Shown: piece by piece, positions 25,101 to 35,908 of the stretch
Numbering within the stretch: position 1 is the stretch's first letter
Layout of the letters: each line of letters opens with the position of its first letter
DNA from: Cyanophora paradoxa CCMP329
Lineage: Eukaryota; Plantae; Glaucophyta
Assembly (NCBI GenBank): GCA_004431415.1
Contig: QPMI01000039.1
Coordinates: forward strand, 1 to 64,000
DNA: 64,000 bases
Direction of reading: 5' to 3'
The notes under the pieces: generated by a model
What the model saw: the letters and a program-made list of their open reading frames with translations, nothing else
The model's database searches: none
Told to the model about the DNA's origin: nothing
Position numbers and translations under genes: made by a program

Positions 25101-26185
25101 ACCTTCGCAGCCAGCGTCTCGCGCTCCGCCGCCAGCGTTTCGCGCTCTGCCGCCAGCGTTTCGCGCTCCGCCGCCAGCTCCTCGGACCGCGCCCGCGCTG
25201 CCTCCAGCTCGGCCGACTGCTCGGCCACGCGCGCCTCCAGCGCCGCCACCGCCGCCGCCGCCGCGCCCAGCTCCGCCACGCGCGCCTCCAGGGTCGCCTT
25301 CTCGGCCTCCAGCGCACGGGCGCGGCCCTCCGCCTCCTCGGCGCGGCTCTCGGCCTCTGCCCGCGCCTGCGCCGCTTCCAGCTCCGCCCCGAGGTCGGCG
25401 TCCCGCGACCGCGTCTCCGGCTCTGCCTTCTCGGCGCTCTCGAGCTCCTCCACCCGCGCCGTCAGCGCCGCCAGCTCCTCCCCGAGGCCCGCCGCCGCCG
25501 CAGCCCGCCGCTCGTGCTCGCGCGCCGCCTCCTCGGCCTCCCGCCGCTGCTCGGCCCGCGAGGCCGCCAGCTCCGCCTCGAGCGCCTCCACGCGCGCCTC
25601 GGCCCGCGCCAGCTCCGCCTCCCGCTCCGCCAGCGCCGCCCGGCTCGACGCCGCCGACGTCTGCAGCGCCGCCACGACAGCGTCCGTCTCGTCGCTGCCC
25701 AGCGACGAGGCCCGCTCGCCGGCCTCCATCGCTGGCGCCGCCGCCGCCGCCGCTGCCGCCACTGCCGCCGCCACCGCGGCCGCCGCCGACGCTTCCAGCT
25801 CCGTGCACCGAACCCGCAGCGCCTCGGCCTCTGCCCGCGCCGCCTCCAGCGCGCTGGAAGCCTCCGCGGCCCGCGCCCGGGATTCCTCGCCCTCAGCGGA
25901 CCCGGCCTCGAGCGCCTCGACCTTCGCAGCCAGCGTCTCGCGCTCGGCCGCCAGCTCCTCGGACCGCGCCCGCGCCGCCTCCAGCTCGGCCGACTGCTCG
26001 GCCACGCGCGCCTCCAGCGCCACCCGCTCCGCCGCCGCCGCGCCCAGCTCCGCCACGCGCGCCTCCAGCGCCGCCTTCTCGGCCTCCAGCGCACGGGCCC
26101 GGCCCTCCGCCTCCTCGGCCCGACTCTCGGCCTCTGCCCGCGCCTGCGCCGCTTCCAGCTCCGCCCCGAGGTCGGCGTCCCGCGA
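1..26185 (-). repeat. Coding tandem array, ~34 copies of a 777-bp unit (length variants ~798, 810, 819, ~728 bp)
   Basis: Marker TCAGCGGA recurs at 768, 1534, 2323, ... 13323, 14100, 14877, ... 22743, 23520, 24297, 25074, 25893 (33 occurrences plus partial ends). The unit encodes SRDADLGAELEAAQARAEAE...ELESAEKAEPET. Confidence 0.97.
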
Positions 26186-29100
26186 CCGCCCCTCGAACGC
26201 CGCCAGGCGCTCCTCCGCGTCGCGCAGGCGGGCCTCGAGGTCGGCGCGCTCGGCGGCCGCCGCGGCCAGCTCGGCGACGCGCGCCTGGAGGGCCGCCATG
26301 GCCCCCTCCGCCTCCCGCGCGCTCGTGTCCAGCGGGTTCGGCGGCGACTCGGGCGCAGCGGCGGGCGCGGGGGCGCGGGCCGCCTGCCCCGCGCCCCGCG
26401 GGGACTCCACCATCTCCCAGTCGTCTTCGTAGCGCTCCTCCGCCTCGTCCCCCGCCTCGCTCACCCGCCGGCTCCGCTCGGCCGCCTCGCTGGCCGCCCG
26501 GCTCGCCGCCGCGCTCGCCGGCGCCGATGAGCGCGCCTGCCGCTCCGCCTCCAGCTGCCGCTCGACGGCCGCCAGCTCCCGCGCCAGCGCCTCCTTCTCG
26601 TCCACCGCCGCCTTGAGCGCCGCGGCGATGCCGGCCGCCTCCGCCGCCTCCGCCGCCGCCTGCGGCCGCGCCTCCGCCTCCGCCAGCAGCGCCGCCATGT
26701 GTTCCACGCGCGCCAGCAGGCCGTCCCGCTCCGCCCGCAGCCGCACTAGCTCGCCGCTCGCGCCCTCCGCCGCCGCCGCCGCCGCCGGCGCCGCCGGACG
26801 GATCGGCGAGGCGCCCGAAAGGTCCAGCGAGGCGTCTAGGGCCGCCCGGCCGGGAGTCCGCGGCGGCTTGCCGGGCGTCCGCGGCTCCGCCTGCACGAAC
26901 GACTCCTCGTACTCGTCTTCCGCTTCCTCGTCCTCCTCGTCCTCCAAGTCCGCGCCGTCCTCGGCGGCGAAGGATTGCTCGAGGGCCCCCGCGAGCCGCG
27001 CCAGCCGCACGCTGTAGTTCGCCGCCTCCTCCGCCGCCGCCTCCGCCTCGGCCGCGCACTTCGGCCGCCGCGCGTCCTCCAGCTCGGCCCGCAGCGCCGC
27101 CAGCTCCGCGTCCCGCTCGGCGAGCTCCCGCGCGCGGCGGGCGAGGAAAGAGCGCAGGCAGTCGGCCACGCTGTTCGCCACGGCCGCCTCCTGGAGCGCC
27201 GCGTCGCGCTCAGCGAGCCACGCCCGCACCGCCTCCGCGTCCCCGGCCAGCGCGGCCCGCAGGCGCGCCCCGTCGGCGCGCGCGCGCTCGAGCTCCTCCC
27301 GCCACTCGGCCTCCTGCGCCTCCGCCTCCAGGGCCCGCCGCTTCAGCTCGGCGTTCAGGCGCCCAACCTCACGCAGGCTGCCGCGCGGGGCGTCGGGCGT
27401 CTTATGGGGTGAGGTGGGGGGGGGCGGAGGGGCGAGAGCGCACCAGTCCGAGAGGGGATCTCCGCCGGTCCCGCCGCCACCCCCGAAGAGGCGCGCGGCC
27501 GGCCCTGCTCGCCGCCCTCCTCCGGGCCGGCGCCGGCGCCGGCGCCGCCCCGAGTCCCGGACTGGCCGGCGCCGCGGGAAGCGAGGGGCGCCCCGCCGCC
27601 GCTGCTCGCCCTCCGCGCGCCCTCCAGTCCGTCGCTCGGCTTGTCGGCGCCCTCGCCCGCCGCCGACGCCGCCATCGCAGCCGAGAGCGCCGCGCAGGGC
27701 CCGCACGGCGCCCCGCCCGGCGCCGGCGCCGGCGCCCGCGCGGCCGCTGCCGCCGCCGCCGCCTCGGCGCGCGCCGCCTTCTCCGCGCCCTTCGCGTCCT
27801 CGAGCTCGTCCCGCAGCCGGCCGACCTGCGCGGAGGCGCGGGCGCCCGCCCTGTCAGCGCCGCGGGCGGAGTGCCGGGAGCGGCCGGGCCCGCTCCCTCA
27901 CTCACCTCGACGCGCAGCTCTGCGATTTCGATCTCCATCTCGCGCATTCGCGCCTCCTGCTGCTCCGCGGGCGGCGGGTTCGGAGGCGGAGGAAGGGAGG
28001 ACGAGGAGGCGCCGCCCAGGGACGCCCGGAGGCTCTCCCGCCGGACGCCGGCCGCCGCGGCCGCGATGCCGGCCAGCACCTTGCGCTGCAGGTCCGCGAC
28101 CTGCGCCTCCAGCTCGGCGGCGCCCGCCTTGGAAGCCTCCAGCTCCTCCTCCAGCGCCCGCGCCCGCCCCTCCACCTCGAACTTGGCCGTGTACAGCTGC
28201 CGCTCCGAATTACACCAAATTTCTCGCAGGGCTCTATGTGATTTTATGCTTGGTGTTCTGAGCGCGAACCTGGACGCGCTCCTCGAGCATTCCGCGGAGG
28301 GCGCCCTCGGCGCGGCGGGCGCCGGCCGACAGCTCCTCGCCGGCGGGCCGCGAGGGGGCCTGTTCCTCTTCCGCCCCGGCGCCGCCCCGCGAAGCGGCGT
28401 CCAGAAGCGCGAGCTGCCGGGAACGCTTAAGACGTGGCAAACGAAAGCGGGCGGGAGGAGGCTTCGACGACGCCGCACCATGCGCCCGACGCTGACGGAG
28501 ACCTCGGAGAGCGCGGCGGCGTCCCCGTCGGCCGACGCGGATTGCCCGGCGGCGGCCAGCTCGGCCCGGGCGCGCTCGAGCTCCGCCTCCAGATCGGCCG
28601 CGTGCTCGGCGGCGGCCGCCTGCAGCTCCGCGGCGGTGGCCGACGACTGCGCCCGAACCAGCGCGAGCTCCTCCGCCCGCGCGTGCGCCGCCTCGAGCTC
28701 CGCCGACTGCTCCGCGACGCGCGCCTGCAGCGCCGCCGCCGCCGCGTTCGCCGCCGCGCCCAGCTCCGCAACGTGCGCCTGAAGAGCCTCGACCTTGGCG
28801 GCTGCCTCCGAAGAAGCCGCTTCCAGCTCCGCGCACCGCGCCCGCAGCGCCTCGGCCTCTGCCCGCGCCGCCTCCAGCGCGCTGGACGCCTCCGCGGCCC
28901 GCGCCCGGGATTCCTCGCCCTCAGCGGACCCGGCCTCGAGCGCCTCGACCTTCGCAGCCAGCGTCTCGCGCTCCGCCGCCAGCGTTTCGCGCTCTGCCGC
29001 CAGCGTTTCGCGCTCCGCCGCCAGCTCCTCGGACCGCGCCCGCGCTGCCTCCAGCTCGGCCGACTGCTCGGCCACGCGCGCCTCCAGCGCCGCCACCGCC

Positions 29101-32100
29101 GCCGCCGCCGCGCCCAGCTCCGCCACGCGCGCCTCCAGGGTCGCCTTCTCGGCCTCCAGCGCACGGGCGCGGCCCTCCGCCTCCTCGGCGCGGCTCTCGG
29201 CCTCTGCCCGCGCCTGCGCCGCTTCCAGCTCCGCCCCGAGGTCGGCATCCCGCGACCGCGTCTCCGGCTCGGCCTTCTCGGCGCTCTCGAGCTCCTCCAC
29301 CCGCGCCGTCAGCGCCGACAGCTCCTCCCCGAGGCCCGCCGCCGCCGCAGCCCGCCGCTCGTGCTCGCGCGCCGCCTCCTCGGCCTCCCGCCGCTGCTCG
29401 GCCCGCGCCGCCGCCAGCTCCGCCTCGAGCGCCTCCACGCGCGCCTCGGCCCGCGCCAGCTCCGCCTCCCGCTCCGCCAGCGCCGCCCGGCTCGACGCCA
29501 CCGACGTCTGCAGCGCCGCCACAACAGCGTCCGTCTCGTCGCTGCCGACGGACTGTCCGCCGTCCTCGTCACGGCAGCCCTCCTCTTCCTGTCGCTGCTG
29601 CCGCTCGAGCTCTTCCGCCTCGTTTTCGAAGGCGCGCATCTCGGCCGCGCGGAGCTCCGCGAGCGCCTCGTCCCGCGAAGCCCGCAGCTCCGCGATCTGA
29701 GGTCCGCGCATCAGACGGGAAAAGCGCGCGTAGATGTGCAGCGCGGGGCCGCACCTCGTCGTGGGCGGAGGCCAGCGCAGCCTCGGCAGCCTCCAGCTTG
29801 GCCCGCAGCTCGGCCATCTCGGCCCGGGCGGGCGACGCCGCCGCCGCCGCCTCCGCCGCCGTGGTCGCCGCCGGCCGCGCCTGCGACTCCCCCTCCTCGT
29901 CTTCGTCCTCGGCGCTGAAGCCAAGGGAGGCCAGCTCGCGCGAGAGCGAGAACGACGAGCCCCGAGACGCCTCGGGCTCCTGCACGCCCGCCGTGTGCGC
30001 CGCAGCCTCCGCCTTGGCTGCCGCCGCGGCCTCCTCCGCGGCCGCCAGCCTCGCAGCGAGCTCCTCCCGTTCGGCCGCCGCCTCCCCCGCGTCGGCCGCC
30101 GCCCGCTGCGCATCCTCCAGCTTGCGGGCTAGCGCGTCGCGCTCCGCTGCCGCCGCCTCCGCTGCCGCTTGCTGCGCCGTAGCCTCCGCCTTGACTGCCG
30201 CCGCGGCCTCCTCCGCGGCCGCCAGCCTCGCAGCGAGCTCATCCCGCTCGGCCGCCGCCTCGCCCGCGTCGGCCGCCGCCCGCTGTGCGTCCTCCAGCGT
30301 GCGGGCTAGCGCGTCGCGCTCCGCTGCCGCCGCCTCCGCTGCCGCTTGCTGCGCCGTAGCCTCCGCCTTGACTGCCGCCGCGGCCTCCTCCGCGGCCGCC
30401 AGCCTCCCCGCGGCAGCGTCGCGCTCGGAGACGGCGGCTTCAGCAGCAGCGCGCTGGGCGGCGGCCTCCGCGGCCGCCGCCTCCACAGCTGCCTCCAGCT
30501 GCTCGGCCAGCGCCCCGCGCTCCACGGTGGCCGCCTGCGCTGCCCGCTCCGCCTCTGCCAGCTTCCGCTCCGCCTCCTCCCGCTCGGCCGCGGCGGACGC
30601 CAGCGCCGCGCGCGCCTCCTCGAGCCGCGCCGCGAGCGCGTCGCGCTCCGCGGCCGCCGCGGCGGCCGCCTCCAGGGCGGACGCCAGCTCGCCCTCCAGC
30701 GCGGCCGCGCGGACGTCCGCCGAGCCCCGCTCGCCCGCGGCGTGCTCCTCCGCGGCCGCCGCCCGCGCCGCGAGCGCTGCCGCCTCGGCCCGCGCCTCCG
30801 CCAGCTGCGCCACGGCCTCTTCCACGCGCCGGACGATCGCCTCGCGCTCCCCAGCGGCCGCCTCGGCCGCCGCCCGCGCCGCCTCGACCTCGGCCGCCAG
30901 CGAGTCGGCCCGCCGCTTCAGCTCGCGCCGCTCCTCGGCCGCGTCCTGCCGCGGCGTCGGCGGCTGCCCGGCGCGAGCTTCGGGTCTAACCGCCAGCGCA
31001 CCTCGGCTTCCTTCTCGAAGCGCGCCGCCGCGGCCTTCCGCTCGGCCTCGGCCGCCGCGAGGTCCGCCCGCAGCGCCCCGATCGCGCCCTCGAGCTCGCG
31101 CTGCAGCGCCGCTGCGGCCTGCCGGACGAGAGGGTTCAGCGGGCGGCGAGGACGGCGGCCGGGGGGCGGATGCACCGCTGCGGCCTGCTCGCGCCGGGAC
31201 TCGGCAGCCTCCGCCTGCCTCTGCGCGGCTCCCAGCTCTCCACGGACGGCCTCCAGCTGCTCGGCCAGCTCCCGCGTCCGCGCCTCCGCCGCCTGCGCGG
31301 GCCCGTGTCACGGAGAGGCGGCGGGGGCGCGGGGGGCGCGGCGGCCCGGCCCAACCGCACCGCGAGCTCCTCCCCGCGCCGCGCGGCGGTCGCCTCGCGC
31401 TCGGCCGCCGCCGCGGCGAGCGCCGCCTCGGCCTCCCTCAGCCGCGCGGCGGCCTCGGCCTCGCGGCGCTCGGCGGCCTCGCGGGCGGCCGCGACGCGCG
31501 TCAGCTCCGCGTCCAGCGTCTGCAGGCCCGCCCGCTGCGCCTCCACCTGGTCCCCAGGCGCTCGATCTCCGCGTCCGCACGCTCCACGGCCGCCCGCGCC
31601 TCCTCCGCGGTGCGCCCCGCCGCCTCGGACAGCGCGGCCGCCTCGCGCTCGGCCTCGCCCAGCCTCGCCTCCAGCTCCGCGATGCGCCCGGCGCGGTCCT
31701 CGCCTGCGGTCCTTGATCGGTCAGACGCACACGCGTACGGGGCCCGCCGGCACTCGGCCCCGCTCGCACCGGTTCGCTTGGCGGCCTCGAGCTCGGCCGC
31801 GACGGTCCCGACGGTCCGCTCGAGCTCGCCGCAGCGCTCCTGCGCGGCCCGCAGCGACGCCGCCGCCGCCGCCGCCGCCGCCGCCGAGCGCGCCCGCTCC
31901 GCCTCGGCCTCCCGGCGCGCGCCCTCGCCCGCCGCCTCCGCCGCCCCGCAGCGCTCCCGCCACTCCTTCAGCTGCGCCTCCAGGCCCTCCCGCAGCCTCC
32001 GCTCCTGCTCCGTCTCCGCCCTGGCGCCCGCCAGCGCCTTCCCGAGATCGTCCAGCCGCGCCCCTGCCGCCTTCATCTCCGCGGCGACCCGCTTCGCCTC

Positions 32101-33429
32101 CTCGTGCGCCCTGCGCCGCCCCACTCAGGCACCGCCCGCCTCGCCCCGCCTCGGCCCGGCGCAGCGGGCGGCGCGCACCTGTCCCGCTCGCTCCGGAGCG
32201 TCTCGAACTTGGACTGCACGCGCGCGGCCGCCTCTCTGGCCTCGTCGGCCTCGACGCGGGCCGCCACGGCGCTGGCCCGCTGGATCTCCAGCTGCCGCGA
32301 CGTCTCCCCGTGCGCGGCCCTCGCCTCCTGCCGGGCCGCGGGCCTCGGCGGGCGCAGAGGGCGCGGGGCCGGGGCGCGCGCTCCGCACGCACCTCGAGGT
32401 GCTTTGTGGCGTCGGCTAGGCCCGCGAGGGCCTGTCTGTAGTCCGCCATGACGCCCTTGCAGCGCTTCATCGCCGCCTCCTCCCGCGCGACCGCCTCCTC
32501 CTTCGCCGCGCGCATCTCGTCCGCCTCCGCCACGGCCCGCCGGCGGGCCTCCTGCGCAGCGCCGCGTTCGAGGCACTCTAGAGCCGCGGGCGAGCGCAGC
32601 GGCGCCGGCACCTCTGCCCGCGAGAGGCGCCGCTTCACGTCCGCGACCTCGTCGTCCCGCGAGGCGATCAAATCTTCCGTCCCGCGCTGGTGCGCGGCCA
32701 GCTCCGCCTGCAGCGCCTCGCGCTGCGAGGGCGGAAGCTTCGGCGGCGGGAAGGGCGGCGGGCGCGGGCGAGCTAGACGCACCTCTCCGATCAGCTGTTC
32801 AATCGTTGCCATCAGCTTGCGGTTCTCCTCATCCGCATTCCGCAGCCGATCCGACGCCAGGCTAGCCTGCATGCCGCGCGGTTCGCGGACGCTGCGACCG
32901 GCGCGCACGCGGGTTCCTGGCGGCACCTGCTGGCTGCGGATCTGGAGCTGGTCGTTCACGCCCCGGATGCGGGTGTTCAGGAGCTCGACCTCGCTGTGCA
33001 GCTGCGCGAGCTCCTCTTTCTTGCTCTTGGTCTTGTGGAAGAGACCCTTGGAGCGCGGAGAGGTGGGCTCCGACTGGGCCGTCTGCGCGCGCTCGGCTTA
33101 GAAGCGAGGGTGTCGGATGCGACTCGGCGGACTAAGCGGACTCGGCGAGCGCTTGCTCGCGTTCGAAATAGGTTCCCTTCGCGTGAGGCGCGCGTCGCAC
33201 AGAGAGCGTGCGCACCGGAACCTTCGACGATTTGCCCTTCGCCTTCGGGTTCGCTCCCGAAGCTAGCTGGTCGCGAAGCGAATCTATGTACGCTAGCTTG
33301 CCTGCACGATTCGCGGGCGGCATATTAGCCGGCCAGCGCACAGGACACCGGCGGCACGATTTGAAGGGCCGCACTCTGCAGCACTTCCTCGAGGGCGCTG
33401 AGCGCGCGGTTGTGGCTCTCCTGATCCAT
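1..33429 (-). CDS. Giant multi-exon Ala/Glu/Arg-rich coiled-coil protein (roughly 10,000 aa or more, 3' end beyond the window start)
   Basis: Putative ATG at 33429 (MDQESHNRALSALEEVLQ). Short exons are joined by GTGCG...CAG introns (KLAYIDSLRDQLASG; EELAQLHSEVELLNTRIRG; EARRRAVAEADEMRAAKEE). A long exon follows from ~27377 (LREVGRLNAELKRR) into the 259-aa repeat array (ORF pieces 19883-27706, 15999-20228, 12116-16345, 8598-13238). Heptad-patterned L/A/V with E/R throughout. Frame breaks within the array are mostly 1-bp losses. Confidence 0.85.
28818..29545 (-). repeat. Isolated copy of the array unit in an upstream exon of the same gene
   Basis: Translates GSDETDAVVAALQTS...EALRARCAELEA. Shares diagnostic variants (AGGGTCGCC, GCGCTGCCTCC, three ETLAA copies) with the array unit at ~25074-25460. 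Confidence 0.9.
30010..30425 (-). repeat. Second coding tandem repeat, ~177-bp (59-aa) unit, ~2.3 copies
   Basis: GCGGGCTAGCGCGTCGCGCTCC at 30124 and 30301. The peptide AAERDALAR(T/K)LEDAQRAAADAGEAAAER(D/E)ELAARLAAAEEAAAA is repeated. Confidence 0.85.
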
Positions 33430-34073
33430 CTCCAGCCTATGGATTCTTTCGACAAGGCTGCTCGCAGTTGACGCGGATCAAATCCCGCCGGGTCGCGCGG
33501 AAGCGGCGCGGCTCACGCACACTGCAGGTGGGATCGGAATCGAGGAAGAAGAAGACGAGCTGGCCGCGTTTTCCACCGGCCTACTCATCACGCCGCATTC
33601 CTGCAGCCTCGCGACAAGATCCGTGTACCCGGCCCGAACGCGGCAACCAAAGAAAGCACCCTCCGCAGAGAGCCCCGCGGCCGCGCGCAACAATGCCGGC
33701 GATAAGGTGGTCATTCGAAGCTGGATCAGAGCCGGCCCCGAGCAGAGCACCTCGTCAGCTCGCGCGGACACGTGCTCAACCCCGCCGCGATCTGGAGCAC
33801 CGACCCGGCCGCTCGGCCGCAGTCACGAGGAGGAATCCCACTTTCAGCCGGGGCGCCGGCCGCGTAGCCTTCGTGACACCCGGCCAAAAGACGCGAAGCG
33901 GCGAATCGGGGCTCCTGGAGGAGCGGCGGCAGAACGGGCCCTTGCACAGCACAGGCAGCACGTCGGATGAGTCGGCGCAGCGGCAGCGCAAGCCCAAGTG
34001 CCCCTTTAAGTGGGCCCTGCCGCTCACGCGCGGACGCGGCGAGGGCGCGAGGCCGGGATCCGAGGCCCCGCGC

Positions 34074-35908
34074 ATGCTCGCGGGCGCCATGAGAAGAGAC
34101 ATGATTGCGGGCTCCGTGGCGGGCGCGACCGTCATGAGCGTCCTCTACCCGCTGGAGGTCCGCCGCGTCCCCGCGCCGATGGCGTCACGCGGGCGCTCAC
34201 CCGGTGACGCGCAGGTGGTCAAGACGCTCGCGCAAGCTACGGGCTCGAAGGTTAGCGTGAAGGAGGTCGGGCGGCGTATCATGGCGGAGCGAGGGCCGGC
34301 CGGCTTCTACGCCGGCCTAGGCAGTGCGCCGGCCGCCGCCCCGTCCCCGCCGCCGCGCTGACGTCCCCCAGGCTCCCTCGTGCTTATGTCGCCTACGTCC
34401 GGCCTCTACTTCGTTGCGTTTGAGGCGATCAAGAAGAAGCTGCTGAAGGTGCCGCGCGCCCCGCCATGCGCGCCCGCGCTGCGGTTACGCTTACGCGCGG
34501 GCGGCCTTGCAGGTGATGCCGGAGAAGCTGCAGGCGGGCGCGTTCGTCGGCGCGGCGCTGGCGGGCTCCATCGGCGCGTCCGTCCTCTACGTACCCGGCG
34601 AGGTCGTCCGCCAGCGGATCATGGTGCGCGTACCCCCTCCGGAGGGCGCTCGTACCCCCCGCGAGGCCGTTCGGCCGCAGGTCGGCCCGGAGCGCTCCAT
34701 TGGCGGCGTCGTCCGCTCCATCCACGCCGCCGCCGGCGTCCGCGGCTTCTACGCAGGCTTCGCCGTGCGCGTACCCCCCTCCCGTCCCTCCGCCGCGTAC
34801 CCCCCTTCGACCGACCGGCCGCTCTTCGTACCCGGCAGGCCACGCTCCTCCGGAATCTGCCCTACACGACGATCCGCAACGCGACCTACGGCGCGCCCGT
34901 ACCCCTCCCGGCCCGGCCCCGCGGTCGCGGCGCCCCTGACGCGCCCCGCAGGCCAGATGCAGCAGTCGATCGGGGCCAAGGGCGCAAAGCTGAACCCCAG
35001 GCAGATGGCTGTCCTCGGCGGCGTCTCCGGTGCCTCTGCTCACGTGTCCCCCGCTCTAGCCGCGCCGCGCTGCTGACGCCGCGCCCAGGCGCCGTCGCGG
35101 CCGTGATGACGACGCCCGTCGACGTGATCAAGACCCGCCTGCAGGTCCGCCCGTCCCCCGCACCCCGCCCCACCCCCGCCCCGCCCCCTCCTCACCCCAT
35201 CCCCTCCCAAAACAGACGTCGGACGAGTACCGGGGGATCGGGGAGGCCTTCCATTCGATTCTCGAGCGGGAGGGCCCCGGGGCGCTCTTCAAGGGCCTGG
35301 CGCCCCGCGTCATGCTCGTGCTCCCCGCCTCGGCGCTCTTCTTCGGGGTCTACGAGGGCGTCCGCTCCGCCATCCGCGCGTGCGTGCCCACGTACCCCTC
35401 CGTATCCTTGAGATGTTCCTTAGCGCCGCGTTCCTGGGCCTTCTTAGCACCTCACCGTCCGCTTAACATTCTTAGCCTTCTAACCTCTCTTATGGGCCGC
35501 TTAAGAGTGCCTTCTAAGTGATTGAGCCCCTAAGAGCGTCCACGAGGGCGTCCGCGCCGCCATCCGCGCGTGCGCACGTGCCCCTAAGAGAGACGCCTCG
35601 CGCCCGGAGGCGCCCCCTTCCGGAGTCCTCGTGCCGGGTTCCTTAACGCCACTCGATTCCCCTTGGAAGTTGTGCCCGAGCCTCGTGCCGCGGCGTGTCC
35701 TGGGGCCGTGCCCGAGCTCACAAGCCTCGCTTAGCCTTCGCGCCTCGGCCCCCGCACCCTCCGGACGCGGCGCCGACCGACCACGCCCGCCCGCCCCTCG
35801 CGCAGGCACACCAAGGCGCAGGAGGGCGCCGAGCAGGCCGCGGCGGCGGCGACGACGGCGGAGGGTCGGTCCGGGGGCGGCGGCGCAGGGCGCAGGGCCC
35901 CCGCGTAG
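34074..35908 (+). CDS. Mitochondrial carrier family (SLC25) protein, most like S-adenosylmethionine-type carriers; multi-exon
   Basis: Three carrier repeats after splicing: YPLE|VVKTLAQ...GPAGFYAGL; YVPGEVVRQRIM...GVRGFYAGF...LLRNLPYT; TTPVDVIKTRLQ...EGPGALFKGLAPRV...ALFFGVYE. Last exon 35806-35908 is in phase and ends in TAG. An in-frame upstream ATG at ~33692 could add an N-terminal extension. Substrate assignment is tentative. Confidence 0.88.

Noticed and set aside
391-26616. Enormous plus-strand ORFs (up to 3892 aa) and the Arg/Trp- or Gly-rich minus-strand ORFs
   Set aside because: Shadow frames of a very GC-rich coding repeat that lacks stop codons. Only the AELEA frame gives a sensible protein and connects to spliced upstream exons.
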